Sequence record: NZ_CP104589.1
Source: a plasmid
Strand: one strand, 5' to 3'
Length of the DNA: 64,000 bases
Below, one piece after another: positions 1-9,741 of the stretch. The notes beneath the pieces were generated by a model. The model was not told the origin of the DNA. It searched no databases and saw only the letters and a list, made by a program, of their open reading frames with translations. The first letter of the stretch is position 1. Each line of letters begins with the position of its first letter. Both the position numbers and the translations under genes were made by a program.

Positions 1-417
1 GCCAACTGCCTGCAGGTGTTTGCCCGATCAAGCCACTTCGGTACCGGCCAGCCCTACAGCGGCAGTCGCATTGTGGCGCTGCCATACCCCACCGACGACA
101 CCCGCGACCTACTCGCCGCCGCCATGCATGGCCTGGCCGATCTCTACCGCGATGGTGTGGCCTACGCCAAGGCCGGGATCGTACTCACCCAGTTCGTCGA
201 GCGCGGGGCCACCACAGGCGATCTTTTCGCCCCAAAGCCGAGGACGGGAAGTGAGGCGGTGATGGGCGTCATGGATGCGATAAACGCCAAGCAGGGAAGG
301 GGTGCGATTCGCCTGGCCCGTGACGCCAGCGCCCGGCCCTGGGCCATGCGCCAGGAAATGCTGAGCCCGCCCTATACCACCTCATGGCAAGGGCTGCCGG
401 CAGCTAAGTGCATCTGA
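1..417 (+). CDS. 3' portion of a UmuC/RulB-family Y-family polymerase gene (partial; continues left of window)
   Basis: Open frame from base 1; C-terminus AMRQEMLSPPYTTSWQGL resembles the conserved UmuC/MucB/RulB C-terminal motif (MKREMLSPRYTT..W). From memory, not searched. Confidence 0.55.
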   Translation, partial: ANCLQVFARSSHFGTGQPYSGSRIVALPYPTDDTRDLLAAAMHGLADLYRDGVAYAKAGIVLTQFVERGATTGDLFAPKPRTGSEAVMGVMDAINAKQGRGAIRLARDASARPWAMRQEMLSPPYTTSWQGLPAAKCI

Positions 418-485
418 GGTGCTTGGCATTGCAAACTGTTCTGGCATGCTCCAGGGCATTTCAGCGGCAGGTTTAGGAGTGGAAC

Positions 486-1124
486 ATGGCTATAGAAATC
501 GACGCAGACATATTCGATGAAGAAGATATCGAGTTTATTACGACAACTCCGCGCTATTTACGGATCGGCCTTGCCTGCAAAGAGCGAAACGACTTGTCGA
601 GCGAAACGACTCCAGTGACCATCAGCTACGGCATGGCTACAGAGGAGCAAATAGCTGCCCTATTCACGCCATTCGGAAGGCCAAAAGGTGAACCGGTGGG
701 GAGTGAAAATTTCAACGGGCGTTATTGCTATGAGGCCTGGATCGGTAAAAAGCTTGTTGGTATTTGCTCCCTGCAATTGAGCGGAGCGAAATATAAAGAT
801 AACACTGTAATGTCGCTAAGTCTTGAGGCTATATATGTTAAGCCTAGATATCGGGGAAAAGGCATTGCTCGCGAACTGTGCGAATATTCATCAGGTTTAG
901 AGTTTGAGCGAATATTGACCTTTATACTTTCAGATTCAGAATACAAGTCACGCGAATATCTCGTTTTTGCAGGAGCAGAACTGCTTAGCAGAGGCGGGCA
1001 GTCTGCAATTATCAACATATGCGAAGAAATTGAAGCTGACGCTGAGCGCCTTTCAGAGGTGCATGGCGTTAATATACGAGTAGATTCTGATACAGATAAC
1101 TGGTGTACGAATGAGCGAATTTGA
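486..1124 (+). CDS. GNAT-family N-acetyltransferase-like protein
   Basis: 212-aa ORF; VKPRYRGKGIAREL resembles the acetyl-CoA binding motif (R-x-x-G-x-G/A). Markedly lower GC than flanks. Confidence 0.5.
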   Translation: MAIEIDADIFDEEDIEFITTTPRYLRIGLACKERNDLSSETTPVTISYGMATEEQIAALFTPFGRPKGEPVGSENFNGRYCYEAWIGKKLVGICSLQLSGAKYKDNTVMSLSLEAIYVKPRYRGKGIARELCEYSSGLEFERILTFILSDSEYKSREYLVFAGAELLSRGGQSAIINICEEIEADAERLSEVHGVNIRVDSDTDNWCTNERI

Positions 1125-1932
1125 AGACGAGTTGACCTCAGAGATTGACCGCCTAGACGTAGTAGGCGATGGGACGCCAAGGCGAGTGCAATATCGTTAC
1201 AGAGATAATATCAATCTCGACTCGCCAGGACTCGGCCTTGTCGCTGGACGGTCAGCAGCAATACGACGCCCCGGACTAGCCAATCTGATCCTCGGCGCCC
1301 TAAGCCAGGCGGTAGAAGGTGATGTAAGCAAGGTTTTGGTCTTTGCTAATAGCTCTAAAAATCTGCTTACACGAGAAATCGTTGCGATAGCCAGCCAGCT
1401 AGAGTTTTCAGATATTGATAACGTCCATCTTTCTGAGGAAGGCTACAGACGGCTCGTTAATGGAATAAACAGAATTTCTCAGCTTGGAGTTCTCCATGAG
1501 GATGATGCGGAATCCGAAGCTCCTGGAGAAGAAGAAACCTTGTCTTGGAGTGGCGGGCCTGTCAGCCATGAAAAACTCAAAATTGAGCTTTCTACTGCTA
1601 GTCCGGGCACAGTGGCTATAGTAGAGAACGCTCACCTTCTTGAAATGGGTACAGAAACTAAGTTTAAGCTTGTAGAATTGCGCAATGAGGCTGCAAAATC
1701 TGGAGTTTATCTTTACATGGGTGTTGGTACTTCGCATTGGCCAGAAGTCAGAAAAAACAAAAAGTTAGTGTTAAGCGATTTGGACGAGGACTTTTTTGGC
1801 GCAGTGCATGTGGCAGACAAGATTTCACTATTCGATGCCGAGGGTGGTGGTCTGATCCTTTCGATCTTCGACAACCGCCAAGTCGAGCCATGGCGCGGCC
1901 CGTTTAACCCACAGGTGTTATTCCCGAACTGA
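1111..1932 (+). CDS. hypothetical protein (low-GC islet partner of GNAT gene)
   Basis: 273-aa ORF overlapping the GNAT stop by 14 nt; no recognisable motifs. Confidence 0.4.
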   Translation: MSEFEDELTSEIDRLDVVGDGTPRRVQYRYRDNINLDSPGLGLVAGRSAAIRRPGLANLILGALSQAVEGDVSKVLVFANSSKNLLTREIVAIASQLEFSDIDNVHLSEEGYRRLVNGINRISQLGVLHEDDAESEAPGEEETLSWSGGPVSHEKLKIELSTASPGTVAIVENAHLLEMGTETKFKLVELRNEAAKSGVYLYMGVGTSHWPEVRKNKKLVLSDLDEDFFGAVHVADKISLFDAEGGGLILSIFDNRQVEPWRGPFNPQVLFPN

Positions 1933-1989
1933 GGCTTGGGTTTCTCCAGCTGCATGGTTTTCTGGTGGCACAGAGAACAGGGAGGCAGC

Positions 1990-3474
1990 ATGCAGCTCCG
2001 CGAATACCAGGCAAACCAGGTTCAAGACCTTCGCCAAGGCATCAGCCAGGGGCATCTAATCCAGATGCTCATGAGCCCTACGGGCTCCGGCAAGACCGAG
2101 GTGGCCAAGCACATCATCGCCAGCGCCGCGGCCAAGAACCGCAAGGTGTGGTTCATCGTCGACAGCGTGAAGCTGCTCGATCAGACCTTGGCGCGCTTCC
2201 ACAAGGACGGCATCTACGCCGGTGCCATCCAGGCGGATCACCCCTGCACGGATTACTCGAAGGTCGTTCAGGTGGCCACTGTGCAGTCGCTGGCCGGTAG
2301 GCTGGACTGGCTGCTGCGTACTCAGCCGCCAAAGCTGGTGGTGATCGACGAGGCGCACGTTGTTTTCAAGGCCCACCTTGAGCTGATCGCATGGTGCCGA
2401 AGCAATAAGGTGCCTGTGATCGGGTTGAGCGCCACGCCATTCAAGCGCGGATTGGGCAAGATCTACGACAACCTCATCAACCGGATCAGCACTGCTGAAC
2501 TGACTGAAATGGGCTTCCTGGTACCGGCCGAGTGCTACGCGCCATTCGTGCCGGATCTCAAGGGGGTGGCGGCAAGTAACGATGGTGATTGGGCCGATGA
2601 TGCCCTAGCTCGCGTTATGGGCGGGGCCGACATCCTCGGAGATGTTGTGAGCCACTGGCGGCAGCTTGGGGAGAATCGCCAAACGCTGGTTTTCGCCTGC
2701 AACGTCCATCACGCCAAGCAGCTGGCCGAAGCGTTTTTCAATGCAGGGATCATGGCTGCCCATATCGACGGGTATATGGACAGCGCGGAATCCGACGAGC
2801 TCATTCGGCTGTACAAGGAGGGAAAAATCAAGGTGCTTGTCAGCGTCGGGATGCTGGCCAAGGGCTTTGATGATCCGCGCACCGGCTGCATCGTGATCGC
2901 TCGACCGACTAAGAGCCTAATGCTCCACTACCAAATTCTTGGCCGCGTCCTGCGTATTTTTGAGGGCAAAACCAACGGCATCATCATCGACCACGCGGGC
3001 AATTTGCTTCGCAACGGGTTGCCCACTGACGAGCTGCCTGATCGACTCGACATGGGTGATGGCGATCCGGTTGACCGGGCCAAAAAGGATAACAACCCTG
3101 ACAAAGCCGACAAGACGAAGCCCTGCCCGAAGTGCAATTTCGTTTTGACTGGCCTGCTATGTCCGAAGTGTGGATTTGAGATCAAGATCGATGCCGGCGT
3201 TGAGGTAGCAGCAGGTGTCCTGGTCAAGCTCGGAGACCGGAAGACCAAGATGGCGGCGAGCACGAAACAGCATGCTTACGCTGAGTTGCTGGGTTATGCG
3301 CAGCAGAAGGGCAAAGGGGCCATGTGGGCGCAAAGCGCCTATCAGGCCTTCATGGGCGAGCCAATATCCCGTGACTGGGCACACTCAACATCAGCCGCGC
3401 CACCCGGCGAGCCGATGCAAAACTGGGTCAAGGGCTATAACGTGCGTCGGGCCAAGAGTAAAAAACGTGCCTGA
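1990..3474 (+). CDS. SF2 (DEAD/DEAH-like) helicase with C-terminal CxxC zinc ribbon
   Basis: Walker A SPTGSGKT, DEAH-like VVIDEAH, SAT motif LSATP, helicase C region; C-term CPKCNFVLTGLLCPKCG. ATG at 1990 follows GGAGG. Confidence 0.7.
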   Translation: MQLREYQANQVQDLRQGISQGHLIQMLMSPTGSGKTEVAKHIIASAAAKNRKVWFIVDSVKLLDQTLARFHKDGIYAGAIQADHPCTDYSKVVQVATVQSLAGRLDWLLRTQPPKLVVIDEAHVVFKAHLELIAWCRSNKVPVIGLSATPFKRGLGKIYDNLINRISTAELTEMGFLVPAECYAPFVPDLKGVAASNDGDWADDALARVMGGADILGDVVSHWRQLGENRQTLVFACNVHHAKQLAEAFFNAGIMAAHIDGYMDSAESDELIRLYKEGKIKVLVSVGMLAKGFDDPRTGCIVIARPTKSLMLHYQILGRVLRIFEGKTNGIIIDHAGNLLRNGLPTDELPDRLDMGDGDPVDRAKKDNNPDKADKTKPCPKCNFVLTGLLCPKCGFEIKIDAGVEVAAGVLVKLGDRKTKMAASTKQHAYAELLGYAQQKGKGAMWAQSAYQAFMGEPISRDWAHSTSAAPPGEPMQNWVKGYNVRRAKSKKRA

Positions 3475-3551
3475 TTGGTGGCAAAGGGCTTGGGTTTTCG
3501 GCACCCTCAGGCCAAATACAGGAGAGGCCAGCAAGGCTTGAAGGTGATTCA

Positions 3552-3959
3552 GTGAAACTCAGCCATATTGAAGTGACAGTCCCTATCGGCCGCACGGAGC
3601 GAGGCCAGACCATCACGGTGATGGATCTGCTCAAGGCGTTCTCGGTAGCCACTGGCACAGAGATAGGCAGCCAGGAGTTTGATCGGGCACTGGGTAACCC
3701 TTCGCAGCTGCACGCGAAGGAAACTATCGAGAATGCCGGCCGGTACCGCACGGTTAGAACCCTTGCCCAAGGGGCGCTAGAGGGCGGTCCTGTGAGATTC
3801 GACGCTGAGGGTGATGCGGTACTGCATTCCCTCAGTGCCGAAGCGCGTCAGGTAGCGCCTGGTCAGTGGATCAAGACCATCACCATTGAGCTGCAAACTG
3901 GCCTCGAAAAGAATCTCGGGCTTGATCAGGCGCTCGACGCCTTCAATGCCGGGAAATAG
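3552..3959 (+). CDS. hypothetical protein
   Basis: 135-aa ORF with GTG start; coding-like composition. Confidence 0.4.
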   Translation: MKLSHIEVTVPIGRTERGQTITVMDLLKAFSVATGTEIGSQEFDRALGNPSQLHAKETIENAGRYRTVRTLAQGALEGGPVRFDAEGDAVLHSLSAEARQVAPGQWIKTITIELQTGLEKNLGLDQALDAFNAGK

Positions 3960-3983
3960 CGTACCAACCAGAAGGAACCCTCT

Positions 3984-4259
3984 ATGAATCGCCAGGAACT
4001 CGTCAAAGCAGTTGCGGAAAAGTCGGGCCAGAGCCAGACCGCAGTAAACGACATGCTCAATGCCTTCATCAGCACCGTGCAGGACACTGTGGCCGCAGGC
4101 GATAAAATCGCCCTCGTCGGCTTCGGCACCTTTGAGTCGGTCAAGCGCGCCGAGCGCCAGGGCCGCAATCCGGCCAGCGGCGAGCCGATCACTATCCCGG
4201 CTTCCACGCTGCCGAAGTTCTCCCCCGGCAAGGCGTTCAAGGATCAGGTGAACGCTTAA
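3984..4259 (+). CDS. HU-family DNA-binding protein
   Basis: 91 aa; MNRQELVKAVAEKSG...GFGTFESVKRAERQGRNPASGEPITIPA is a typical HU/IHF fold signature. Confidence 0.8.
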   Translation: MNRQELVKAVAEKSGQSQTAVNDMLNAFISTVQDTVAAGDKIALVGFGTFESVKRAERQGRNPASGEPITIPASTLPKFSPGKAFKDQVNA

Positions 4260-4272
4260 CCTCACCGACTAT

Positions 4273-4297
4273 GGCCGCCTCCGGGCGGCCTTTCTTC
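4273..4297 (+). terminator. intrinsic terminator after HU gene
   Basis: GGCCGCC-TCC-GGGCGGCC hairpin followed by TTTCTT. Confidence 0.5.
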
Positions 4298-4314
4298 AAG
4301 GCAAGGAAACGCGC

Positions 4315-4722
4315 ATGGAATCAAGAACCATTGGTGCAGCTGAGGTCGCGCAGAAGATCGAGGCTGAAAACGCGAAGGTGAAAGAGCGGCTGGCCGCTGG
4401 TATCCCAGCATTGATGCGTCTGGTGAAGGTGGCGCTGAGCGATACAGGGCAGTCTCGCGTATGTGGGCGCTTCCTGCTTGGGCTCTACAATGGTGGGTAT
4501 TACCGATTCGACCTGACTGACTTCCGCTCCCTCGATACAGAGCTGTTCGAGGACTGCTTGTCGGTCTTGAAGATGGATGCCAACCCCATTCGCGAAGTTC
4601 ACCGGCTGATCGAAGACGGTGATGCTGTGTTCCACCGCTTGCGCATGTATTGGGCTAGCGAGGAAGAGGCGGCAGGCTTTACAGAATCGGATCGTGTTGC
4701 ATGGAGCCAGGGTCGTGTCTAA
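4315..4722 (+). CDS. hypothetical protein
   Basis: 135-aa ORF. Confidence 0.45.
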   Translation: MESRTIGAAEVAQKIEAENAKVKERLAAGIPALMRLVKVALSDTGQSRVCGRFLLGLYNGGYYRFDLTDFRSLDTELFEDCLSVLKMDANPIREVHRLIEDGDAVFHRLRMYWASEEEAAGFTESDRVAWSQGRV

Positions 4723-4982
4723 CGCAGAGCAAAGCCAAGTAGAACAAGTGCTGGCCAGCCCGGCCACCAGCACCTGGTTGCGCAACGCCCTCACCGAGGC
4801 CCTGCAGCGTGACCCCATCGACGCGGCAAACGATGCCGAGGCCCTGAGTGAGCTGCTGAGTGCTCGTTGCGAGGATCTGCTGCAGAAGGCAACGCGCTAA
4901 ACTGACCAGAATCTGGCAAGCATAACCCCTTGGGACGGGCGAGAGGTGTGGGAACATCTCAACCAAGATCAAGGGGATTTTT

Positions 4983-5417
4983 ATGCCTGAAAAACACTCC
5001 ATCACCGAGGCTATTGGTGGTCTCATCAGCTGCTTGGCGTCTCATGCCTGGGCGATCCTGCGGTTTCGACACTACGGGCAAGGCTTAACTCTGGCTGAGC
5101 TGCCATTGCTTTGTCTCGGGGTACTTGCTGCGGCCTCGGTCAGCGCAACAGCCTTCCTTGCGCCCTCCGAAAATGCTGCCCATCACCCCCTTATGGTCGG
5201 CGCGCTAACGGCGGGAATCTTTGCCGCTTGCTACACCTTCTGCGGTCGCGCCGGTGTGGCGGGTTTCATCATCCTCACGATCCTCACTGAGCCCGTCTCG
5301 ATTGCCTTGCGTTTGGCCGGGCTGGGTGATGTTGTCGACCCGGTTTTCACCCTCTGGGTGCTTGCTTCCGAGCTGGTGTTTTTCTTCCGCGCCGCCGGTG
5401 CAGAAACCCGCGCCTAG
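4983..5417 (+). CDS. hypothetical membrane protein
   Basis: 144 aa, several hydrophobic segments. Confidence 0.4.
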   Translation: MPEKHSITEAIGGLISCLASHAWAILRFRHYGQGLTLAELPLLCLGVLAAASVSATAFLAPSENAAHHPLMVGALTAGIFAACYTFCGRAGVAGFIILTILTEPVSIALRLAGLGDVVDPVFTLWVLASELVFFFRAAGAETRA

Positions 5418-5442
5418 CCAATTCCAGAGCGAACATATTCCT

Positions 5443-6903
5443 GTGAAACCCACTCACGAACAACAGCCCATCATCGACTACAAGGGCCTGCACCTCGTTG
5501 TGAAGGCCTATGCTGGCTGCGGCAAGACGGCCACGCTGGTTGCGTTTGCTCAGTCAAACCCGAACCTGCGGATTCTCTACCTCGCCTACAACAAGGCGAT
5601 CAAAGACGAGGCCCTGAGCAAGTTCCCCGACAACGTGACCTGCAAGACGGGCCACCAACTGGCCTGGCCCAAATTCGGCAGCAGATATGCCCACAAGCTG
5701 GGCAACACCAAAATGACGGATGTGGCCCGGCTGCTGAATACGAAGGACTGGGGCTTCGTCAGAAACACCATGGCAGTGGTCAGCAGCTACATGAGCAGTG
5801 CTGATGCAGAAATTGGTATCGCCCATTTCTATGCCGGGGTGCCCGCCGAGGATCAAGACGCTTTCAGTGATAGTGATATCGAGAAACTCCTGAATGCTGC
5901 ACAAACCTTGTGGGAGGAAATGACGGACATTGAGTCATCGTTCATCTGTGAACACGACGCCTACCTGAAGCTGTACCAGCTTAGCGGGCCTGAACTGAGT
6001 TACGACTGCATCCTGTTCGATGAGGCTCAGGACGCAAACCCGGTTGTCAGTGCCATCGTTGCAAGCCAGCCCGGGCAGAAGATTTTCGTCGGTGATCCTT
6101 GGCAGCAGATTTATCGCTGGCGAGGGGCAGAAAACGCCCTGGACCAGCAGATCGAGCAGGGCGCTGAGCCCATGTACCTGACCAACTCATTCCGGTTCGG
6201 TCCGATGATCGCCGGAGTGGCCAACGCCATCCTCAGGCTGCAGGGCGAAACCCGCCCCCTGGTAGGGCTGGGCCCCATGGATAAGGTCAAAACATCCATT
6301 GAGGGCATCAGGGGCCAGTACACGATCCTCAACCGGACTGTTTCAGGCGTAATCATGTCGGCCATTGAGGCCGTCTCAAATGGCCATGTCGTCTACTGGA
6401 ACGGCGGCATTGGCGCCTACAACCTGGAAGGGCTTGAGGACACCTACAACCTCAAGAACAACCGCATGGGCGAGATCCGTGACTTCCGGGTGAAGGCATT
6501 CAAGTCCTATGACGCCTATACCGAGGCAGCAGAGGCCAGCGAAGATCCAGAAATGCTCCGCACCATGCGGATTCTGAAAGACCACGGGAATATTCCGCAG
6601 CTGCTGGCGGCGCTGCGCCAATACTCGACCGACGACATCGAGGACGCCGATATCGTCGTCAGCACGACACACCGGGCCAAGGGGCTGGAGTGGGACATCG
6701 TGCTTCTCGATGAGGACTTCCCGGACATATTCGACCCGGAGAGGGTAGATCCCGACCAGGTGGGGGATGAGCTGAACCTGCTCTATGTGGGTGTTACCCG
6801 GGCCCGGAAAATCCTGATCCTCAACACCCTGGTGCAGAGCATCATCGTGCGCGCTCACCGCGCAGCCAAACTCGCGCAAACCAAATCGACGGAGCCAACA
6901 TGA
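5443..6903 (+). CDS. UvrD/PcrA-like SF1 helicase
   Basis: Walker A AYAGCGKTAT near N-term, FDEAQD (Walker B/DExx) and a UvrD-like C-terminal region (VSTTHRAKGLEWDIV, LLYVGVTRAR). GTG start at 5443 chosen; the ORF track opens at 5221. Confidence 0.7.
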   Translation: MKPTHEQQPIIDYKGLHLVVKAYAGCGKTATLVAFAQSNPNLRILYLAYNKAIKDEALSKFPDNVTCKTGHQLAWPKFGSRYAHKLGNTKMTDVARLLNTKDWGFVRNTMAVVSSYMSSADAEIGIAHFYAGVPAEDQDAFSDSDIEKLLNAAQTLWEEMTDIESSFICEHDAYLKLYQLSGPELSYDCILFDEAQDANPVVSAIVASQPGQKIFVGDPWQQIYRWRGAENALDQQIEQGAEPMYLTNSFRFGPMIAGVANAILRLQGETRPLVGLGPMDKVKTSIEGIRGQYTILNRTVSGVIMSAIEAVSNGHVVYWNGGIGAYNLEGLEDTYNLKNNRMGEIRDFRVKAFKSYDAYTEAAEASEDPEMLRTMRILKDHGNIPQLLAALRQYSTDDIEDADIVVSTTHRAKGLEWDIVLLDEDFPDIFDPERVDPDQVGDELNLLYVGVTRARKILILNTLVQSIIVRAHRAAKLAQTKSTEPT

Positions 6904-7700
6904 TCGAGCTGTTCATCGCTGTTCTGCTTATCCCCACTATCACCATCGCGGTATGGGACCGCTTCATGCACCGCATGTCGGTGAATACCCGCCGGGTTTA
7001 CCGCCTATCTGGCCTGATCGGAGTGCCGATCCACGAGCTCGCTCACGCTCTGGTCTGCATCGTCTTTGGGATGCGTATCACCCGGATTTCTTTCTACCAG
7101 GCGAACCAAGCAAGTGGCACGATGGGTTTTGTCGACTTCCGCTATTCGCCCTACTCACTCGGTCATGCCTTAGGCCTGGCCCTGCAAGGTATTGCACCGC
7201 TGCTGGCCGGCGCTGCAATTGTTGCGCTGCTGATTGGTTCGTTCAATGCTGTTGAGCGTCCAGCTGGTGGGGTTTTGCCACTGCTAGGCTGGATAGCGGC
7301 GGTTGTGGAATCGACGCTCGATAGCCTGCTACGCGAAGCCTCAAGCGGCCTGCTTGGTGTGCTGATTGCCCTGTTTGTATTGATCGTGAGCATGCACGCT
7401 ATCCCGAGCCTCGCAGATATCGTCACGGGGCTGCGGGGGTTGATCATGCTCATCGTTTTTATGTCTGCAGTTGTTCTGGCTTTTGAGCTCTTTGGGACCT
7501 ACGAAAGCCAGATCGGTGAGCGATTCGGCAACATGGTTGCCTGGAGCCTTTTGTGGATAGAAAAATCACTCTGGGCGATGCTCTATGGCGCGGTGTCAAT
7601 GGTGACCCTGGCCATTGCCGGCGGTATCCTGCTGATTCTTCTGCCCTCGGCCGTTCTGTACTGTGTGGATTTTGTACGGGGCGCACGCGGCAAGGTTTAA
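6900..7700 (+). CDS. polytopic membrane protein with HExxH motif (putative membrane metalloprotease)
   Basis: 266 aa, about 6 hydrophobic helices; HELAHAL motif in first loop; ATGA overlap with helicase stop implies translational coupling. Confidence 0.5.
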   Translation: MIELFIAVLLIPTITIAVWDRFMHRMSVNTRRVYRLSGLIGVPIHELAHALVCIVFGMRITRISFYQANQASGTMGFVDFRYSPYSLGHALGLALQGIAPLLAGAAIVALLIGSFNAVERPAGGVLPLLGWIAAVVESTLDSLLREASSGLLGVLIALFVLIVSMHAIPSLADIVTGLRGLIMLIVFMSAVVLAFELFGTYESQIGERFGNMVAWSLLWIEKSLWAMLYGAVSMVTLAIAGGILLILLPSAVLYCVDFVRGARGKV

Positions 7701-7730
7701 GCCGCCCAGGACCACTTTCGAGGTAAAAAG

Positions 7731-7931
7731 ATGCCCCAAGCTACCGCCCCCATTATCAGCCGCGGCACCTTGATCGCTGCGCTCATTCTGTTTCTGGCGG
7801 GCGCTGCAACCGGCGCTGCAATAACGATCTGGCGGGCTGAGCCTGCGGCGAGCGAGGCTGATGAGGCCAAGGATGAGCGCTACATTCCGAAGCGCAATCG
7901 GGTCTTCCCTCGTCGGGTCGATGTCGTCTAA
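7731..7931 (+). CDS. small membrane protein
   Basis: 66 aa, one TM segment. Confidence 0.3.
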   Translation: MPQATAPIISRGTLIAALILFLAGAATGAAITIWRAEPAASEADEAKDERYIPKRNRVFPRRVDVV

Positions 7932-8219
7932 ACGCAAATTTGCGGTGCGGCCTCTTGCCCTGCCGCAATAGCCCGGGCATCATAGTCGTGCGCAAGCTGT
8001 GCGCTAAACAGCTCAAGTTCTCTTGCAGGCGTGTCAACGTCGAGCAAATCAAGACGCACCAATCGGTGCAACTCCAGAATCATTCACCCATGCATGTGCA
8101 TAGGTGTTTGTTCCGCGTCTAACGCGGGTCGAAGCTGACGACTCATTCAGTTCAATAAAGCCCTTGCGGGGAAATCTCCGTAAGGGGGATTTCTCCGCTT
8201 CAATATCTGGAGTAGAGAA

Positions 8220-8573
8220 ATGGAAAAGTCTGTCATTAACCTGACTAAGTTCAAAGCAACCGCAGAGCTGGAGCGTTTCGGCGTCCGTGATCTGTCGAGC
8301 TGGAAGGAATTCCAGGAGATTCGCAATCTTCTGTTTTTTCCAACGCCTCCTACCCAAGACATTGTTGCCACCCGCGTTGAGCGGCTCGGTGCAATTGCCT
8401 TGAAGGAAGCACAAAAAACTGGTTCCGATAGCGTCCTTGTGAGCTGTCCGCCATGGATGATGCAGGCCCTGTGCAGCGAGTTGGTTTATCTCAACTTGAA
8501 GCCAGTTGTCAGTTTCACCAAAAAGACCAATGAAGAAGGCTTGTCCGTCATCAGTCTGGTCGCTGCTGCTTAA
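8220..8573 (+). CDS. hypothetical protein
   Basis: 117 aa; preceded by a hairpin plus anti-SD/SD module. Confidence 0.45.
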   Translation: MEKSVINLTKFKATAELERFGVRDLSSWKEFQEIRNLLFFPTPPTQDIVATRVERLGAIALKEAQKTGSDSVLVSCPPWMMQALCSELVYLNLKPVVSFTKKTNEEGLSVISLVAAA

Positions 8574-8671
8574 TTAAATCAGCAACACAACAATCAACCC
8601 ATCGGGGAAAACTTCCCCTATGGGAGTTCTCCTTTCTGGGTTTCAACGCTTTTGAGAAAGGAAAACTAACC

Positions 8672-9661
8672 ATGCAATTCAATACCAAAGTAGCAATGAA
8701 GAACTTCGGCTTTAACACTGAGGCAACTGCACCAGGGTTTGCGCCGAATCATTCGTTCATGCAGCACGTTCCACCGGTTAAGCCGTACTTCTTCCGGAAG
8801 TCTCTGCTGAGTCCGTTTATGAGCTGGCTGTTTGTCCCCGCTGGGGATAGCTGCTTGTTGGTCGGTCCCACCGGCTCGGGTAAGTCTTCCATCGTGGAGC
8901 AAACCTGCGCTCGGCTGGCATGGCCCTGCCTCACCGTCTCGGCTCATAGCCGGATGGAGATGCCGGAGCTGACTGGCTACAACCTGCCTTACACCGACCC
9001 CGTGTCTGGTGACCTGAGCACGAAATTCGTGGACGGGCCGCTGACCAAGGCCATGCGCGAAGGGTTTGTGTTCGTCCTCGACGAATACGACACCCTGGAC
9101 CCGGCTGTCACGGTAGGCCTCCATGCTGTTATGGAAGGTCGACCACTGGTGATCGCAGAAAACAATGGTGAAGTGATTCATCCTCACGCCAATTTCCGTT
9201 TTGTCGCTTGCGGCAACACGGCGGGGCAGAGTGATGAGTCTGGGGTCTATGCGGCAACCATGCAGCAGAACCTCGCATCCCTCGACCGCTTCCGCGTGTT
9301 TGAGGTGCCTTACCTGGATAGCGCCGATGAGGTTTCCACAATCGTGGATGCCATCCCGGGCATTCCAAGCGAGATCGTCGAGAAGATGGTGAAGGTCGCG
9401 AATTCAATTCGCCTCCAGCATCAGGGTCACGGCGGCAACTACCTCAGCGTCACGATGTCCACCCGGACATTGCTACGTTGGGCGCGGATCGCCTTCGGAT
9501 ACACCATGTCCGGCCAGGAGAACCCGCTGAAAGTTGCGTTGCAAGAATCGCTGCTTAACCGCTGCGACCGCGTGCAGAAAGTTGCTATCGACAAGATCGC
9601 TGCCAGCGTTTTCGGCACTGATTGGAAGGTAGACGACCTGAAGCAGCAGAACGCTGCGTAA
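8672..9661 (+). CDS. MoxR/CobS-like AAA+ ATPase
   Basis: Walker A GPTGSGKSS, Walker B VFVLDEYD, sensor region; about 330 aa typical of CobS/MoxR. Confidence 0.75.
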   Translation: MQFNTKVAMKNFGFNTEATAPGFAPNHSFMQHVPPVKPYFFRKSLLSPFMSWLFVPAGDSCLLVGPTGSGKSSIVEQTCARLAWPCLTVSAHSRMEMPELTGYNLPYTDPVSGDLSTKFVDGPLTKAMREGFVFVLDEYDTLDPAVTVGLHAVMEGRPLVIAENNGEVIHPHANFRFVACGNTAGQSDESGVYAATMQQNLASLDRFRVFEVPYLDSADEVSTIVDAIPGIPSEIVEKMVKVANSIRLQHQGHGGNYLSVTMSTRTLLRWARIAFGYTMSGQENPLKVALQESLLNRCDRVQKVAIDKIAASVFGTDWKVDDLKQQNAA

Positions 9662-9741
9662 CAAACCAACCCTCTGGGGGAACTTTTCCCCTCGGGGCGA
9701 AGTTCCCCCTTTTTTGCTTTTGAGAAAAGGAGAACTTCGCA

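Noticed and set aside
5221-5442. 5' extension of UvrD-like helicase ORF (560-aa version)
   Set aside because: Overlaps the preceding membrane-protein gene in another frame and is Ser/Pro-rich. The Walker A lies right after the GTG at 5443.
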